Below the pieces are notes generated by a model. The model saw nothing but the letters and a program-made list of their open reading frames with translations. It had not been told where the DNA came from and ran no database searches. Below, one piece after another: positions 48,291 through 59,095 of a stretch of DNA of 64,000 nucleotides (position 1 is the stretch's first letter; each line of letters starts with the position of its first letter). The stretch comes from Syntrophales bacterium (lineage in GTDB: Bacteria > Desulfobacterota > Syntrophia > Syntrophales > UBA2210). The stretch lies in contig CAXXKT010000001.1 of NCBI GenBank assembly GCA_963662405.2, positions 2,432,001-2,496,000 on the forward strand. The letters are read 5' to 3'. The position numbers and the translations under genes are program-made.

Positions 48291-50042
48291 ATGGCCAAGA
48301 ATCAAAAACTGGAACTCACCTGGATCGGGAAGGAAAACCGGCCGAAGCTGGAACCGAGGATACTGATCGAAGACTCGGAAAAATCCTACGGCGATAAGAA
48401 CAGCGAAAACATGCTCATATACGGAGACAATCTTCTCGCCCTGAAGGCGCTAGAACAGGATTTTGCCGGGAAGATCAAGTGCATTTATATTGATCCCCCT
48501 TTTAATACGCAACAAGCTTTTGAACATTATGATGATGGTCTTGAACACTCAATCTGGCTAAATTTGATGCGTGATCGTTTAGTAATTCTACAAAAACTTT
48601 TAGCAACAGAGGGAACCTTATTCGTTCACATTGATGATAACGAGCTTGGGTATCTAATTGTTCTGCTTGATGAAATTTTTGGAAGATCCAACCGAATATC
48701 TATAATAACATTTAAGCAAGGGGCTGCAACAGGCCACAAAGCTATTAATCCTGGTTTAGTCACAACTTCCAACTTTGTGTTAATTTATGCAAAGAATCGA
48801 GCCTCATGGGCACCCAAACGTGTTTTTACAGAGAAGACTGGAAGAGACAAGAGATACTCACAATATATTGAAAATTATAATGAGGAATATCGTAAATGGA
48901 AATTCATAACTTTAACAACTGCTTTCGCAGATAGCCTTGGTTTGCCAACAAGCAGCTTAAAGAAAGCTTTAGGTGACCAATTCGAAGAAAAGTTGTTCCA
49001 ATTTGTATTAGAAAATGCGCATAGAGTGATTCGTTTTGCAAGACCCAATTATAAGGCAGTAGGTGCTGTAGCTCGATCATTAATTGATGAGTCGCTACAG
49101 CATAAAGAACAAGTAATGCTTTTGAAAAGAAAGAAGTTTTCTGACATGTATTTTATTAAAGGAGAACGGATTTTATTTTATGCAGATAAGCTGAGGTTAA
49201 TTGATGGAAAGCATATTGCTGGTGAACCTCTTACAAGCATATGGGATGATGTGCTCTCAAACAATCTTCATAATGAGGGTGGCGTAGATTTTCCTAAAGG
49301 TAAGAAGCCCGAAGCATTAATTAAGCGTTGTTTTGATCTTGCTTCTTCGCCGGGAGATATAGTTCTTGATTCGTTTGCGGGTTCTGGCACGACAGGTGCT
49401 GTTGCCCATAAAATGGGTCAGCGTTGGATTATGGTAGAGTTAGGTGACCAATGCCATACGCACATAATTCCACGTATGAAAAAAGTTATTAACGGCGAAG
49501 ACTCAAGCGGCATATCCAAGACATTGCAATGGAAGGGGGGAGGGGGATTCAAGTATTACTATCTTGCCCCCAGCCTGCTCAAGGAAGACAAGCACGGGCA
49601 CTGGGTGATCGATGAACGGTATAATGCAGACATGCTGGCTGCCGCCATGGCCAAACATGAAGGATTCAGGTACCATCCCGATGAGCAGGTCTACTGGAAA
49701 CAGGGCCGATCCACGGAAAAGGATTTCATTTACACCACTACCCAGCTCATTACCGTCGAAACGCTGGACCGAATCCGCGAAGAGATGCAACAGGGGGAGA
49801 GCCTTTTGATCTGCTGCAGATCCTTTCAAAAAGTCTGCGAAGATCGTTATCCGGAGATCACCGTCCGGAAGATACCCGGCATGCTGCTCGGCCGGTGCGA
49901 ATTCGGCAGAGACGATTACAGCTTCAATATCGTCTCTATGCCCGTCGATCCCGACGCGCCTGATTTCGTTCCCTCCGGTCCCCCGAAGGAGATTTCAAGA
50001 AAAAAGAAGAAAAACACGATGGAGCAGAAAGAACTTTTTTAG
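48291..50042 (+). CDS. mod: Type III restriction-modification methyltransferase
   Basis: GDNLLALK, IYIDPPFN, KKPE and LDSFAGSGTTG motifs; followed by Res. Confidence 0.92.
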   Translation: MAKNQKLELTWIGKENRPKLEPRILIEDSEKSYGDKNSENMLIYGDNLLALKALEQDFAGKIKCIYIDPPFNTQQAFEHYDDGLEHSIWLNLMRDRLVILQKLLATEGTLFVHIDDNELGYLIVLLDEIFGRSNRISIITFKQGAATGHKAINPGLVTTSNFVLIYAKNRASWAPKRVFTEKTGRDKRYSQYIENYNEEYRKWKFITLTTAFADSLGLPTSSLKKALGDQFEEKLFQFVLENAHRVIRFARPNYKAVGAVARSLIDESLQHKEQVMLLKRKKFSDMYFIKGERILFYADKLRLIDGKHIAGEPLTSIWDDVLSNNLHNEGGVDFPKGKKPEALIKRCFDLASSPGDIVLDSFAGSGTTGAVAHKMGQRWIMVELGDQCHTHIIPRMKKVINGEDSSGISKTLQWKGGGGFKYYYLAPSLLKEDKHGHWVIDERYNADMLAAAMAKHEGFRYHPDEQVYWKQGRSTEKDFIYTTTQLITVETLDRIREEMQQGESLLICCRSFQKVCEDRYPEITVRKIPGMLLGRCEFGRDDYSFNIVSMPVDPDAPDFVPSGPPKEISRKKKKNTMEQKELF

Positions 50043-50073
50043 ATACACAGATGTCATCACCTGACAGGAGCTC

Positions 50074-52758
50074 ATGACAATGGATCGTATCGCAACTTCC
50101 ATCAGGAACCGCCTGAGCCTGCGGGCACCCCAGGCGGAAAGCCTCGAAATACTCGCCGAACTTGTTGATAAACTGACACTGCAGAAGGATGCCGATCTGA
50201 AGACGGAATTGAGCAAGGTTCAGGAGAACTATCCGACATGCACCGATTTTGAGAGAAGTTTTCCCTCTCTCTGTTTCGCTCTCGCAACCGGCGTTGGGAA
50301 GACGCGCCTCATGGGCGCTTTTATCACCTATCTCTATCTGGAAAAGGGAATGAAGGATTTCTTTGTCCTGGCGCCCAATCTCACCATATACAACAAGCTC
50401 ATTGAAGACTTTTCACTTCCTACCAGCCCCAAATACGTATTCCAGGGGATCGGCGAATTTGCTACCAAAAGACCGCACATCATCACAGGCGACAATTACC
50501 TGTACGCCTCTCAAACGACCCTGTACGATTCCGAAGTACACATCAACATCTTCAATATCTCAAAGATAAACGTCGAGACACGGTCAGGGAATATGCCTCG
50601 GATCAAACGGCTTTCGGAATATCTGGGCGAATCCTATTTCAACTATCTTTCCGGTCTCGACGATCTTGTTTTGCTGATGGACGAATCACATCACTATCGG
50701 GCCGACAGGGGCATGGAGGTCATTAACGAATTAAACCCCATTCTCGGATTGGAACTGACGGCGACTCCGCAAGTGGAGCGTGGGCAAAAGACGATAAAAT
50801 TCAAGAATGTCGTCTATGAATATTCACTGGCAATGGCAATCCGAGACGGGTTTGTCAAAGAACCGGCAGTGGCGACGCGAAAGAACTTTGATCCCGCGCA
50901 GTACACCGCTCAGGAACTTGACAGAATCAAGCTTGAGGACGGGATGCGTATTCATGAAGATACCAAGGTGGCGCTCGACATATATGCAAAGGACAACGGA
51001 GCTGAAAAGGTAAAACCCTTTGTCCTTGTCGTTGCCAAGGATACGGAACATGCAAGTGCCCTGAAGATCTTGATCGGGTCTCCGGGATTTTTTGAAGGCC
51101 ATTATGCCGACAAAGTCATGGAGATCCATTCCGCCCAGAAAGGATCTGAGAAGGATGAAAACATCGCCCGGCTCGTTTCTCTGGAAAATCCCGACAACAC
51201 GGTGGAGATCGTGATCCATGTGAATATGCTGAAGGAGGGGTGGGATGTAACAAATTTCTACACCATCATTCCCCTTCGAACCGCCGCCTCAACTACTCTC
51301 CGAGAGCAGACCATCGGGAGGGGGTTGCGTCTCCCTTACGGCAAGAGAACCGGAAACGATAAGGCCGATAAATTAACAATTGTAGCGCACGATAAATTTC
51401 AGGAAATCGTCGATGAGGCGAACAAGCCCGGATCGATCATAAAGAAAGAACATATCATTGAGATAGATCCTGAGGATTTTTCACAGCAGAAGGAAGTAAT
51501 TACATCGGTCTCAAGCATTGAAGAAAGATTGAAAGAGGCCCGAGCGATCATTGATAACATCGCAGAGCCTGAGGAAAAGAGGAAGGCGTGGGTAAGTCTT
51601 GAACTGAAAAAGACGATTCTCGATGTCCTCCCCGAACTCAACAGAGCAGCCAAGAGCGTAAATGAACTTTCGAGATCGGATATCAAGGAAATCGCCATCG
51701 AAAAAATAAAGCACAGGATATACGGCGATCCTCAGCAATCCCTGTTTGCCGAAGAAGCGATAACAGGGGTAATGGAATTATATCAGTCTGTCGTCGATGA
51801 TTTTTCGGACAATATTATCGAGATTCCACGAATCACAATTCAGCAGAGTGGTGATGTCCTGTCGGGATTCAAGGATTTTGACCTTGACACCGGCAATCTC
51901 AATTACCAGCCTGTGTCCGAAGAGATACTGGTAAAAAAACTTCGTGAGCAAGAAAACAGCACGGATATTGTTATAGGGAAAGGCCGAATTATTGCCGACA
52001 GTCTTGATAATATAATAGTAACCGAACTCAAATCTTTCCCGGAAATAGACTACGATCGTCAGTCGGATCTTCTCTTCAAGCTTGCAGGTCAGGCTGTTGA
52101 AAAATTCAGGTCATATCTTGATGGTGATGCCGTTACCAATGTAGTGCAATACAACAAGAGGGAGATCGCAAACAGGATCTATGCTCAGATGATGGATCAT
52201 TTCTATTATGAAACACCGGGATTTATGAAAACGACCGTTCGCCCTTTCACAAAGATCGAAGAACATCACTTTTCAAAATTGTCTAAAGACAGCATCTTCC
52301 ATTACGCAGAGACAATTACGCCAGCCAGTGCCATACCGTCAAAGGTCTTCAGCGGATTCAAAAAGGCCTGGCATACCCTGTATAAGTTTGATTCAAAAAC
52401 GGAAAAAGATTTCGCCACGTTGCTTGAAAATGACTCAGCGGTGCTGAAATGGCTTCGGCCTGCGGATAGGCAATTCCATATTTATTGGAATCATAATTCG
52501 CAGAGATATCACCCCGACTTTGTGGTTGAGGCGGACGATACAATTTATATGGTCGAGACAAAAAAGGAAAGCGATATCGATTCGTCGGATGTACAGGAAA
52601 AAGCACGGGCCGCGCTTCAGTATTGTAGCTACGCAACAGAATTCACGACAAGTAATGGCGGTAAATCGTGGAAGTATATTCTAATTTCCCACAATGCCGT
52701 CATGAGAAACATGAGTGTCGAATATCTCATGAAAAATTATGAATATAAAGATAGCTAG
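50074..52758 (+). CDS. res: Type III restriction endonuclease / helicase
   Basis: ATGVGKT, DESHH, TATP, LKEGWDV, QTIGRGLR and C-terminal PDF...ETK nuclease motif. Confidence 0.92.
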   Translation: MTMDRIATSIRNRLSLRAPQAESLEILAELVDKLTLQKDADLKTELSKVQENYPTCTDFERSFPSLCFALATGVGKTRLMGAFITYLYLEKGMKDFFVLAPNLTIYNKLIEDFSLPTSPKYVFQGIGEFATKRPHIITGDNYLYASQTTLYDSEVHINIFNISKINVETRSGNMPRIKRLSEYLGESYFNYLSGLDDLVLLMDESHHYRADRGMEVINELNPILGLELTATPQVERGQKTIKFKNVVYEYSLAMAIRDGFVKEPAVATRKNFDPAQYTAQELDRIKLEDGMRIHEDTKVALDIYAKDNGAEKVKPFVLVVAKDTEHASALKILIGSPGFFEGHYADKVMEIHSAQKGSEKDENIARLVSLENPDNTVEIVIHVNMLKEGWDVTNFYTIIPLRTAASTTLREQTIGRGLRLPYGKRTGNDKADKLTIVAHDKFQEIVDEANKPGSIIKKEHIIEIDPEDFSQQKEVITSVSSIEERLKEARAIIDNIAEPEEKRKAWVSLELKKTILDVLPELNRAAKSVNELSRSDIKEIAIEKIKHRIYGDPQQSLFAEEAITGVMELYQSVVDDFSDNIIEIPRITIQQSGDVLSGFKDFDLDTGNLNYQPVSEEILVKKLREQENSTDIVIGKGRIIADSLDNIIVTELKSFPEIDYDRQSDLLFKLAGQAVEKFRSYLDGDAVTNVVQYNKREIANRIYAQMMDHFYYETPGFMKTTVRPFTKIEEHHFSKLSKDSIFHYAETITPASAIPSKVFSGFKKAWHTLYKFDSKTEKDFATLLENDSAVLKWLRPADRQFHIYWNHNSQRYHPDFVVEADDTIYMVETKKESDIDSSDVQEKARAALQYCSYATEFTTSNGGKSWKYILISHNAVMRNMSVEYLMKNYEYKDS

Positions 52759-52857
52759 AGCGTTTAGGTTTATTATGGGCATGTGATCATTAGGAAACAT
52801 AATGTAAAATTGTCAGCAGGAAGGGTTTTGCTAGTACATGAAAGGACATGTAGCCGG

Positions 52858-53116
52858 ATGAACAAGCAATTGAACACAGGAGAAATACTCATATACCAGA
52901 CGGAAGATGGGCAGGCCTTTAGAGGTTAACCTGACGGAGGATACGGTTTGGCTGAACCTGAACCAGATGGCGGTGCTTTTCGACAGGGATAAGTCAGTGA
53001 TATCAAGGCACATACACAGTATTTTTAAAGAAGGTGAACTCGAAAAAAAGGCAGTTGTTGCAAATTTTGCAACAACTGCTTCGGATGGAAAAACCTATCA
53101 AGTTGGATACTTTAAT
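52858..53116 (+). pseudogene. Truncated, frameshifted RhuM-family gene
   Basis: EILIYQTEDG / TVWLNLNQMAVLFDRDKSVISRHI...FATTASDGKTYQV; similarity ends after about 85 codons. Confidence 0.8.
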
Positions 53117-53170
53117 CGATTGATGATGTGGTCGGATTGTGCTAGCGTGCACCCGCACACAACGTGAAGG

Positions 53171-54085
53171 ATGCGCGATCACATGCCCCTGCCATGGCCT
53201 CTCGATCTCGCGGGTTTTTATCTGCGGCGAAAACTGGGACGACTTACTCTTCCCCTGCTGGCAAGTTTCAAGGTAACGCACCGCTGCAATCTGGCGTGCC
53301 GGGCCTGTCCCTTTCACCGGCAGGACCAGCCGGGACAGATGACGTGGGGGACTGCCCTTGAGGCGATGGATGATCTCAAGAGTCTGGGAACCCGCATCGT
53401 GGTTTTTGAAGGCGGGGAACCGCTCCTCTGGCGCGACGGTTCTTACCGTATTCATGACCTGGTCCGCGAGGCCCGGAGGCGGTTTCTCCGCGTGGCGGTG
53501 ACAACCAACGGGACCTTGCCGCTAGATGTTCCCGCCCACATCCTCTGGGTCAGCGTCGACGGTCTCAAGGAAAGCCACGATGATCTGCGGAGTGGTTCCT
53601 TCGACCGGATCAGGGAGAACCTGGAACGGGCGGACCACGAACGGATATTCGTCCACTGCACGGTGAACCGGAGGAATCTGGAAGACATCGAGGGACTGGC
53701 ACGGTGGGCCCGCGGGGTCTCCGTGGTGAAGGGGATGACCTTTCAGTTTTTCTACCCCTACAACCAGGGAGAAGAGGATCTTTCCCTCTCACCCGGTCAG
53801 CGGCGGCGGGCGGTGGAGACCCTGCTCGATCTCAAGAAACGGGGGTTCCCCGTCCTGAATTCGGCCGGGAGACTGGCGGCAATGGTAAACGGCGGGTGGA
53901 CCTGTCATGACGATATCCTGGTCAATGTCGATCCCGACGGGTCCGTCACCCGAGGTTGCTACGTGAAAAGCCGCGGCGAGATCAACTGCGCCGCCTGCGG
54001 CTTTACGCCCGTCGCCGAGGCATCCGGCGCGCTCGATCTCGTTCCGGGGTCGATCTACGCGGGGTGGCGGCTGTTCCTGCGGTAG
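53171..54085 (+). CDS. Radical SAM protein
   Basis: CNLACRAC, GGEP, TTNG and C-terminal Cys cluster. Confidence 0.9.
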   Translation: MRDHMPLPWPLDLAGFYLRRKLGRLTLPLLASFKVTHRCNLACRACPFHRQDQPGQMTWGTALEAMDDLKSLGTRIVVFEGGEPLLWRDGSYRIHDLVREARRRFLRVAVTTNGTLPLDVPAHILWVSVDGLKESHDDLRSGSFDRIRENLERADHERIFVHCTVNRRNLEDIEGLARWARGVSVVKGMTFQFFYPYNQGEEDLSLSPGQRRRAVETLLDLKKRGFPVLNSAGRLAAMVNGGWTCHDDILVNVDPDGSVTRGCYVKSRGEINCAACGFTPVAEASGALDLVPGSIYAGWRLFLR

Positions 54086-54218
54086 GCGTTTTCATTCGGT
54101 GGGCGATGCGTGGGAGTTTTTTCTTCCTTTCTTTTTCAAATGAGGATACTCACGATATCATGATTGGTGTGATTATTGATAATCGGGCGGTATCGACAGC
54201 ACTGATCGAGGGGATGGT

Positions 54219-55142
54219 ATGGACGTTATCCCGACCCTGGCAGGCTATGTCCTGTTCGGCCTGGCCGTGGCGCACGCGGTGGTGGACGGGCGCGATAATC
54301 GGGCGCAGCGGCTGTGCATGATCGTGACGCTACTGGTGTTCGGCACCCTCCTGGAATATATGGGGGTATCCAGCGGCAGTTATCAGTATCCCAGAGAAAA
54401 ACTGGTCAATCTGGGCCCGGTGCCGCTGTCGGTCAGTCTCGCCTGGGTGGGCCTTATCTACAGCCTGATGATTATCGGGGAACGACTGCGGTTGCCGTGG
54501 TGGTCCCGGATTCTCGCGACGACGCTGATCGCGCTGAGTCTGGACTGGGGGATGGACCCGGTCGCCGTTCATATCGGCGCGTGGACCTGGTCGCGGCCCG
54601 GCGCGTACTTCGGCGTGCCCCTGTTCAACTTTGTGGGGTGGTTTTTTATCCCCATCGCGTATCTCCTGGCCTATGGTTTGAGCTGGGATCGAGAGCGGCG
54701 GCGCCCGACGTTACTGACCATCGCGGAAATTGACCATGACCCGGGATTCGGCAAATGGGGACGACTGGTCTATACCATCCTGCTGGTCGTGCCCGTCAGC
54801 CTGATCCTGCTGACACTGACCGCCGGTAAAATCGGGGGATTGGGGGTTATGACCGACACACCCTTTGCCGTCTTTGTGATCTGCGCGGTATGCACCGTTC
54901 TGGCTGCCGCGGGGGTGGTGATCCGGAGGCGGGAAACCCTCGGCCATGCGCGGAAGATCGACCTTGTCCCCCCGGTCATTCTGTTGGTTATCAGCATCAA
55001 CTACACCGTTTTCGGCCTCATCACCGGCCGCCCGTCGCTGGGTCTTCTCATGTTATTCTCGGCCATCCCGCTGTGGCTGGTCTTTTTTTTCAGCGTGAGG
55101 AGAAGGAAACGGGCAACTGATTCAAGAATGATCCGTGGGTGA
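54219..55142 (+). CDS. CruF/DUF422-like (carotenoid-biosynthesis family) membrane protein
   Basis: EYMGV...YQY, VPL...W, D...DPVA...WTW, YFGVPLFNFVGW. Confidence 0.8.
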   Translation: MDVIPTLAGYVLFGLAVAHAVVDGRDNRAQRLCMIVTLLVFGTLLEYMGVSSGSYQYPREKLVNLGPVPLSVSLAWVGLIYSLMIIGERLRLPWWSRILATTLIALSLDWGMDPVAVHIGAWTWSRPGAYFGVPLFNFVGWFFIPIAYLLAYGLSWDRERRRPTLLTIAEIDHDPGFGKWGRLVYTILLVVPVSLILLTLTAGKIGGLGVMTDTPFAVFVICAVCTVLAAAGVVIRRRETLGHARKIDLVPPVILLVISINYTVFGLITGRPSLGLLMLFSAIPLWLVFFFSVRRRKRATDSRMIRG

Positions 55143-55306
55143 AACCTTTCACATTTTCTCATGGACATTATCCGGGGCGGCGGATAGGATGCGCTGTGCC
55201 GGGAGGTGGTGATATTCGCCGCTCAATGAGGTTGCCAAAAACGGTGTTATGGTGGATAATGCGTCTCCCTTAAGACCCGACCCCCTGCAGTCAGGAAAGG
55301 ATAGAC

Positions 55307-55591
55307 ATGTTTGGATTTCAGGAGATACTCTTTATCGTGGCTGTTGTCCTGGCAGTTATATTGATTCCTAAAGTACTCTCTCGAAAGCCCGCGCGCAGGC
55401 AGGTGAGTACCGCCGTGCCTCTGTCCGGTCTGATGCGTTTTGCCATCGTGGCCTCTGTTCTCTATCCGGCCCTTGCCGCCGCTTATTTCGAGCCGTGGCG
55501 GAACGATCCGGTTCTGTTTTTCTACGTCGGCGTCGGTCCTGTCGTTCTCATATGGCTCTTGTTTTGGGCGACGAAGGGATTCAGAAAGTGA
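55307..55591 (+). CDS. Small membrane protein
   Basis: RBS GAAAGGA; three hydrophobic segments. Confidence 0.7.
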   Translation: MFGFQEILFIVAVVLAVILIPKVLSRKPARRQVSTAVPLSGLMRFAIVASVLYPALAAAYFEPWRNDPVLFFYVGVGPVVLIWLLFWATKGFRK

Positions 55592-55755
55592 AAACACCAA
55601 AAGAATGTCAGGCCTCACCACTTGACATATGGGAATTGGGAAGGCAATCCGGGATGGAACGGCTGAGAACCCCGGAAGCAGTAGAGTAGTTTTCCCCGCC
55701 GGGGCGGCCGACAGGATGGTGACCTCAGATCATTTTTTCCGGAGCGACCAGTTTC

Positions 55756-56307
55756 ATGTACGCATCGATATACGTCGTTTTTTTGGTCGTGGCCATTGCC
55801 ACGGTTGCCGTCCTGCTCGTCAGTCTCTCTATCATCGTGGTCTCTCCCGTCACCCGGGGGGCGATGTTCCATCCCTCGGCGCGGATCAGGGTGAAGACCG
55901 CCCTCGATAACCTTCCTATGCGGGAGGATCAGTATCTCGTTGACGTGGGGTGCGGCGACGGGCGGGTGATCCGGGAGGCGGCGAAGCGCTCCGGCGTGCG
56001 CTGCCGGGGGTATGAGATCAATCCGCTCCTGTTCGCGATTGCCTGGCTCCTCAGTCTGGGGAGGCGGGGGGTCAGCGTCCGGTGCCGGAACTTCTGGAAC
56101 GAGGACCTGGGGGAGGCGGATGTGGTCTTCTGCTATCTCTTTCCCGATGTCATGCCGCGGCTGGCGAAAAAACTCGAAAAGGAACTGCGGCCGGGTGCCC
56201 GCGTTGTCTCCTGCAACTTCCCCCTGCCGGGGTGGCGGCCGGTGAAGACCGTCCGTCCCTCCGCGACGATGCACGACGATCCGATCTACTTCTATGAGCA
56301 TTCATAG
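55756..56307 (+). CDS. Class I SAM-dependent methyltransferase with N-terminal TM helix
   Basis: VDVGCGDGR, GYEIN, ADVVFCYL and ELRPGARVVS motifs. Confidence 0.88.
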   Translation: MYASIYVVFLVVAIATVAVLLVSLSIIVVSPVTRGAMFHPSARIRVKTALDNLPMREDQYLVDVGCGDGRVIREAAKRSGVRCRGYEINPLLFAIAWLLSLGRRGVSVRCRNFWNEDLGEADVVFCYLFPDVMPRLAKKLEKELRPGARVVSCNFPLPGWRPVKTVRPSATMHDDPIYFYEHS

Positions 56308-56606
56308 CGCTTTCGATTTGTTCCATCCGTGGAAGGAACAGGTGAAAAAGAGTAAACCCCTCTGTCACTCCTCGTCTCATCGCTGTGGTTCCGGGTAACC
56401 GTGCCCGTGCGGTAAGAAGCCATTCTCTGGTTTTTTCTTGACAATACCGGCAAAAAGGGTATGAATTCAACAAAGCACGACCATCTATGCTGAATCTTTA
56501 CGGGAAAACGAACTTCCACCACCATCGTGCCATTTCATAAGATTGAGGGGAAAAGAGAGGGTATATATGTGATGTGAAATACAGGACACTATAAGGGGGG
56601 GGTATC

Positions 56607-57047
56607 ATGCAGGAATATCTTTTATTTTCAATCTTTATCATTTTTTTCTTTCCGTTGATTCTCATGATCGTCAACGCGATTCTCGATTACCACCAGATTA
56701 AGGCCGGAGGTAAAAAACCCGATGAGAAAGGGGTGTCCGGATTTCGCCGATCCACCATTGCCCTGACCTTTATCCTGATCATCGGCATCGCCCTCTTTCA
56801 CCTGATCGCGGGAGGAGTCGTAAAGGAGATGTCGGGTGACGTGGTCGGGAATATTCTCAGCATGCTGGCCGGCGTTGTCGCGTCGATCGCTGGGTTCTAT
56901 TTCGGCGGGAAAGTTGCGCTCGATTCTTCAAGTGAAGATTCGACGGGAAAGTCCCGACAAACGACTGACGAAGATCACGAAAGCAAAGAATCTCAGAAGG
57001 AATCACTGGAGAAAACACATCCTCAGGGGGACAGTGTCACCGTGTGA
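56607..57047 (+). CDS. Hypothetical membrane protein
   Basis: Three TM segments, IAGFYFG motif, charged tail. Confidence 0.7.
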   Translation: MQEYLLFSIFIIFFFPLILMIVNAILDYHQIKAGGKKPDEKGVSGFRRSTIALTFILIIGIALFHLIAGGVVKEMSGDVVGNILSMLAGVVASIAGFYFGGKVALDSSSEDSTGKSRQTTDEDHESKESQKESLEKTHPQGDSVTV

Positions 57048-57174
57048 TATCTTACAACGGGGAAGACGGACCCTTGGATCGATAAGGCTCGGAGCGGACT
57101 TACTGAGATCTGTGTGATGTGCCGCTCCCTCCGTATGAGGCAGCCGCCTGATGAATCAGGCGGCTGCCTCTTTC

Positions 57175-58266
57175 TCATACCTTTTTTATCAGCGTGTAAT
57201 ACACTTCCGCCGCCTTGCAGACCTGGTCGAAGGGGATGGATTCATCCACGGTATGGGCCTGGTCGAGGCTCCCCGGTCCGAGCATGATGGGCTTCAGGCC
57301 GCTCTCCCAGAGGCTGTTGGCGTCGGAGTGGCTCCTGAACGACGAGGGCGCCCAGGGGATGTCTTCGTCCGTAAAGGCCTGCTTCAGCGATGTCACCAGT
57401 CCTCCCTTTTCGGGGATCTCGTACCCCGTCTGGATGGTGTGAAACCGCATGGCGAGGTCGAGGTGGCTCTGCTTCTGCTGGAACTGGTCGATAAATTCCT
57501 CCAGGTCCCAGGTGATTTCTCCCGTGGGCGCGTCGGGCGGGTGGTGCAGATCGATCCAGACGTCGCATTTCTCGGGGACGGCAAACCCGGAGCGGGAGCT
57601 GGAAAGATCGCGTATATTATAAATGATCTGGGGGTACCGTTTCTCGAAATAGGTGGAAAGGTCCAGGAGAAACCGGAGGAGGGCGTCGACGGGGTTGAGT
57701 TCCTTGTCCGCCAGCGAGGCGTGACGCCTCTTCCCCCGCGATGATACCTGAAATTCCAGGTATCCGTAGTGGCTGAGGCAGGGCTTCAGTTCCGTGGGTT
57801 CGCCGATGATGGCCCAGGGGAAGTAGTAATCCTTGACGAATGCCTCCGCGCCGTCACCGGTTTCCTCTTCACCCACCACCAGCGCCAGGGCGGCCGGGGT
57901 CGCCTTTCCCTGTTCGTGCCAGACGGCAAGATAGGCCTCGATCATGGCAGCGCATCCCCCCTTCATATCGGCGCTCCCGAGGCCGGTGACGGTGTTCCCC
58001 TTTCTGACAAAGCCGTAATGGTCGAGATCGGAGGCGGTCACGGTGTCGAGATGCCCCACCAGAACGAGCTGGGGATCCGTGTCGGGGGGGACGACGATGA
58101 CGTTGTAGCGGCTCTCGTCGACCTCCTGCCGGATCACGGGGAGGTGCTCCTTCGTCAGATAGCGATAGACAAAATCGAGAACCTCCTCCTCCTTGCCTGA
58201 GGGGCTGTAGATGTCGATGATTTCCTGGAGCAGGTGGCGGATCTTCTGTTTTCTAATTACGGCCAT
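57175..58266 (-). CDS. M20 family metallo-amidohydrolase (ArgE/DapE-like)
   Basis: GHLDTV, GSADMKGG, EE, GEP and AHTVDE motifs. Confidence 0.9.
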   Translation of the reverse strand: MAVIRKQKIRHLLQEIIDIYSPSGKEEEVLDFVYRYLTKEHLPVIRQEVDESRYNVIVVPPDTDPQLVLVGHLDTVTASDLDHYGFVRKGNTVTGLGSADMKGGCAAMIEAYLAVWHEQGKATPAALALVVGEEETGDGAEAFVKDYYFPWAIIGEPTELKPCLSHYGYLEFQVSSRGKRRHASLADKELNPVDALLRFLLDLSTYFEKRYPQIIYNIRDLSSSRSGFAVPEKCDVWIDLHHPPDAPTGEITWDLEEFIDQFQQKQSHLDLAMRFHTIQTGYEIPEKGGLVTSLKQAFTDEDIPWAPSSFRSHSDANSLWESGLKPIMLGPGSLDQAHTVDESIPFDQVCKAAEVYYTLIKKV

Positions 58267-58813
58267 TCTTCCTCGTTTTGTTGTTCCCGTTTTTTCGCCT
58301 TGTTTCCCTGAGTTTGTCGTCCACGTTCAGCGAGAGGTACAGGTGCTCCTCCGGTTTCCCGAATCCCATGCGGGAGAAGAATTTGAGGGACTTGGTGTTG
58401 TCCGCCTCGGTGTCGACAAAGACGATCCTGACCCCTTCTTCCAGCATGGCGTCGCGCATCTCCTTGAACAGCCTCGTGGCGATGCCGTACCGTTGCAGTT
58501 CCGGCTCCACGCCGAGCCAGACGAGATACCCGTACTTCCAGGCGGAATTGCGTTTCGTGACGACGTAGCCGAGCGCAAAACCCACGATCTTTCCATCCAT
58601 ATCAGCCACGTAGGCGTCGCTCGTATCACTCCCGAAAAAGTCGATCACCTCGTACTCGTCCCAGGTCCGGTACAGATTGGGCATCGTGCGGGCCTTGAAG
58701 AGCTTCTCTCCCAGGTTGAAGACCGCGGCGAGGTCCTCGATTTCCATCTCGCGTATGTCGATCTCGGGTCTCTTCCGTCTACTGCCGGGGTCCTCGTTGT
58801 CTTGTGATTCCAT
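58253..58813 (-). CDS. GNAT N-acetyltransferase
   Basis: LGVEPELQRYGIATRL and FFSRMGF motifs. Confidence 0.9.
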   Translation of the reverse strand: MESQDNEDPGSRRKRPEIDIREMEIEDLAAVFNLGEKLFKARTMPNLYRTWDEYEVIDFFGSDTSDAYVADMDGKIVGFALGYVVTKRNSAWKYGYLVWLGVEPELQRYGIATRLFKEMRDAMLEEGVRIVFVDTEADNTKSLKFFSRMGFGKPEEHLYLSLNVDDKLRETRRKNGNNKTRKNGRN

Positions 58814-58919
58814 AAATGATCTGTGCTCTCCGTAAAAAATAAGGTCATCTGTACTATATTCATTACCACCCGGAATGTAAAGTGATTACCTGTTGCAAAC
58901 AGAGGACGTCGTATAGCCC

Positions 58920-58962
58920 GAGGTGAAGCCCCCCGCGGCTTGCCGCGGGGGGGCTTCACCTC
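58920..58962. repeat. GC-rich palindrome, REP / IS200-IS605-end-like
   Basis: GAGGTGAAGCCCCCCGCGGC-TT-GCCGCGGGGGGGCTTCACCTC between divergent genes; no transposase nearby. Confidence 0.7.
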
Positions 58963-59095
58963 TTGACATTCCGGAATCGAAGCAGTATTCGTTGAACGAT
59001 TTGTTTGGTTCATCTCAATTATTTGTCCAATTTTTGTCATTGTAACATGTTTGGCCGTGTTTCAAACAAGCGGATCAGAAAGGAGAGATCAACAT

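Noticed and set aside
58920..58962. IS200/IS605 insertion sequence
   Set aside because: Only a palindrome; no tnpA/tnpB or second end nearby
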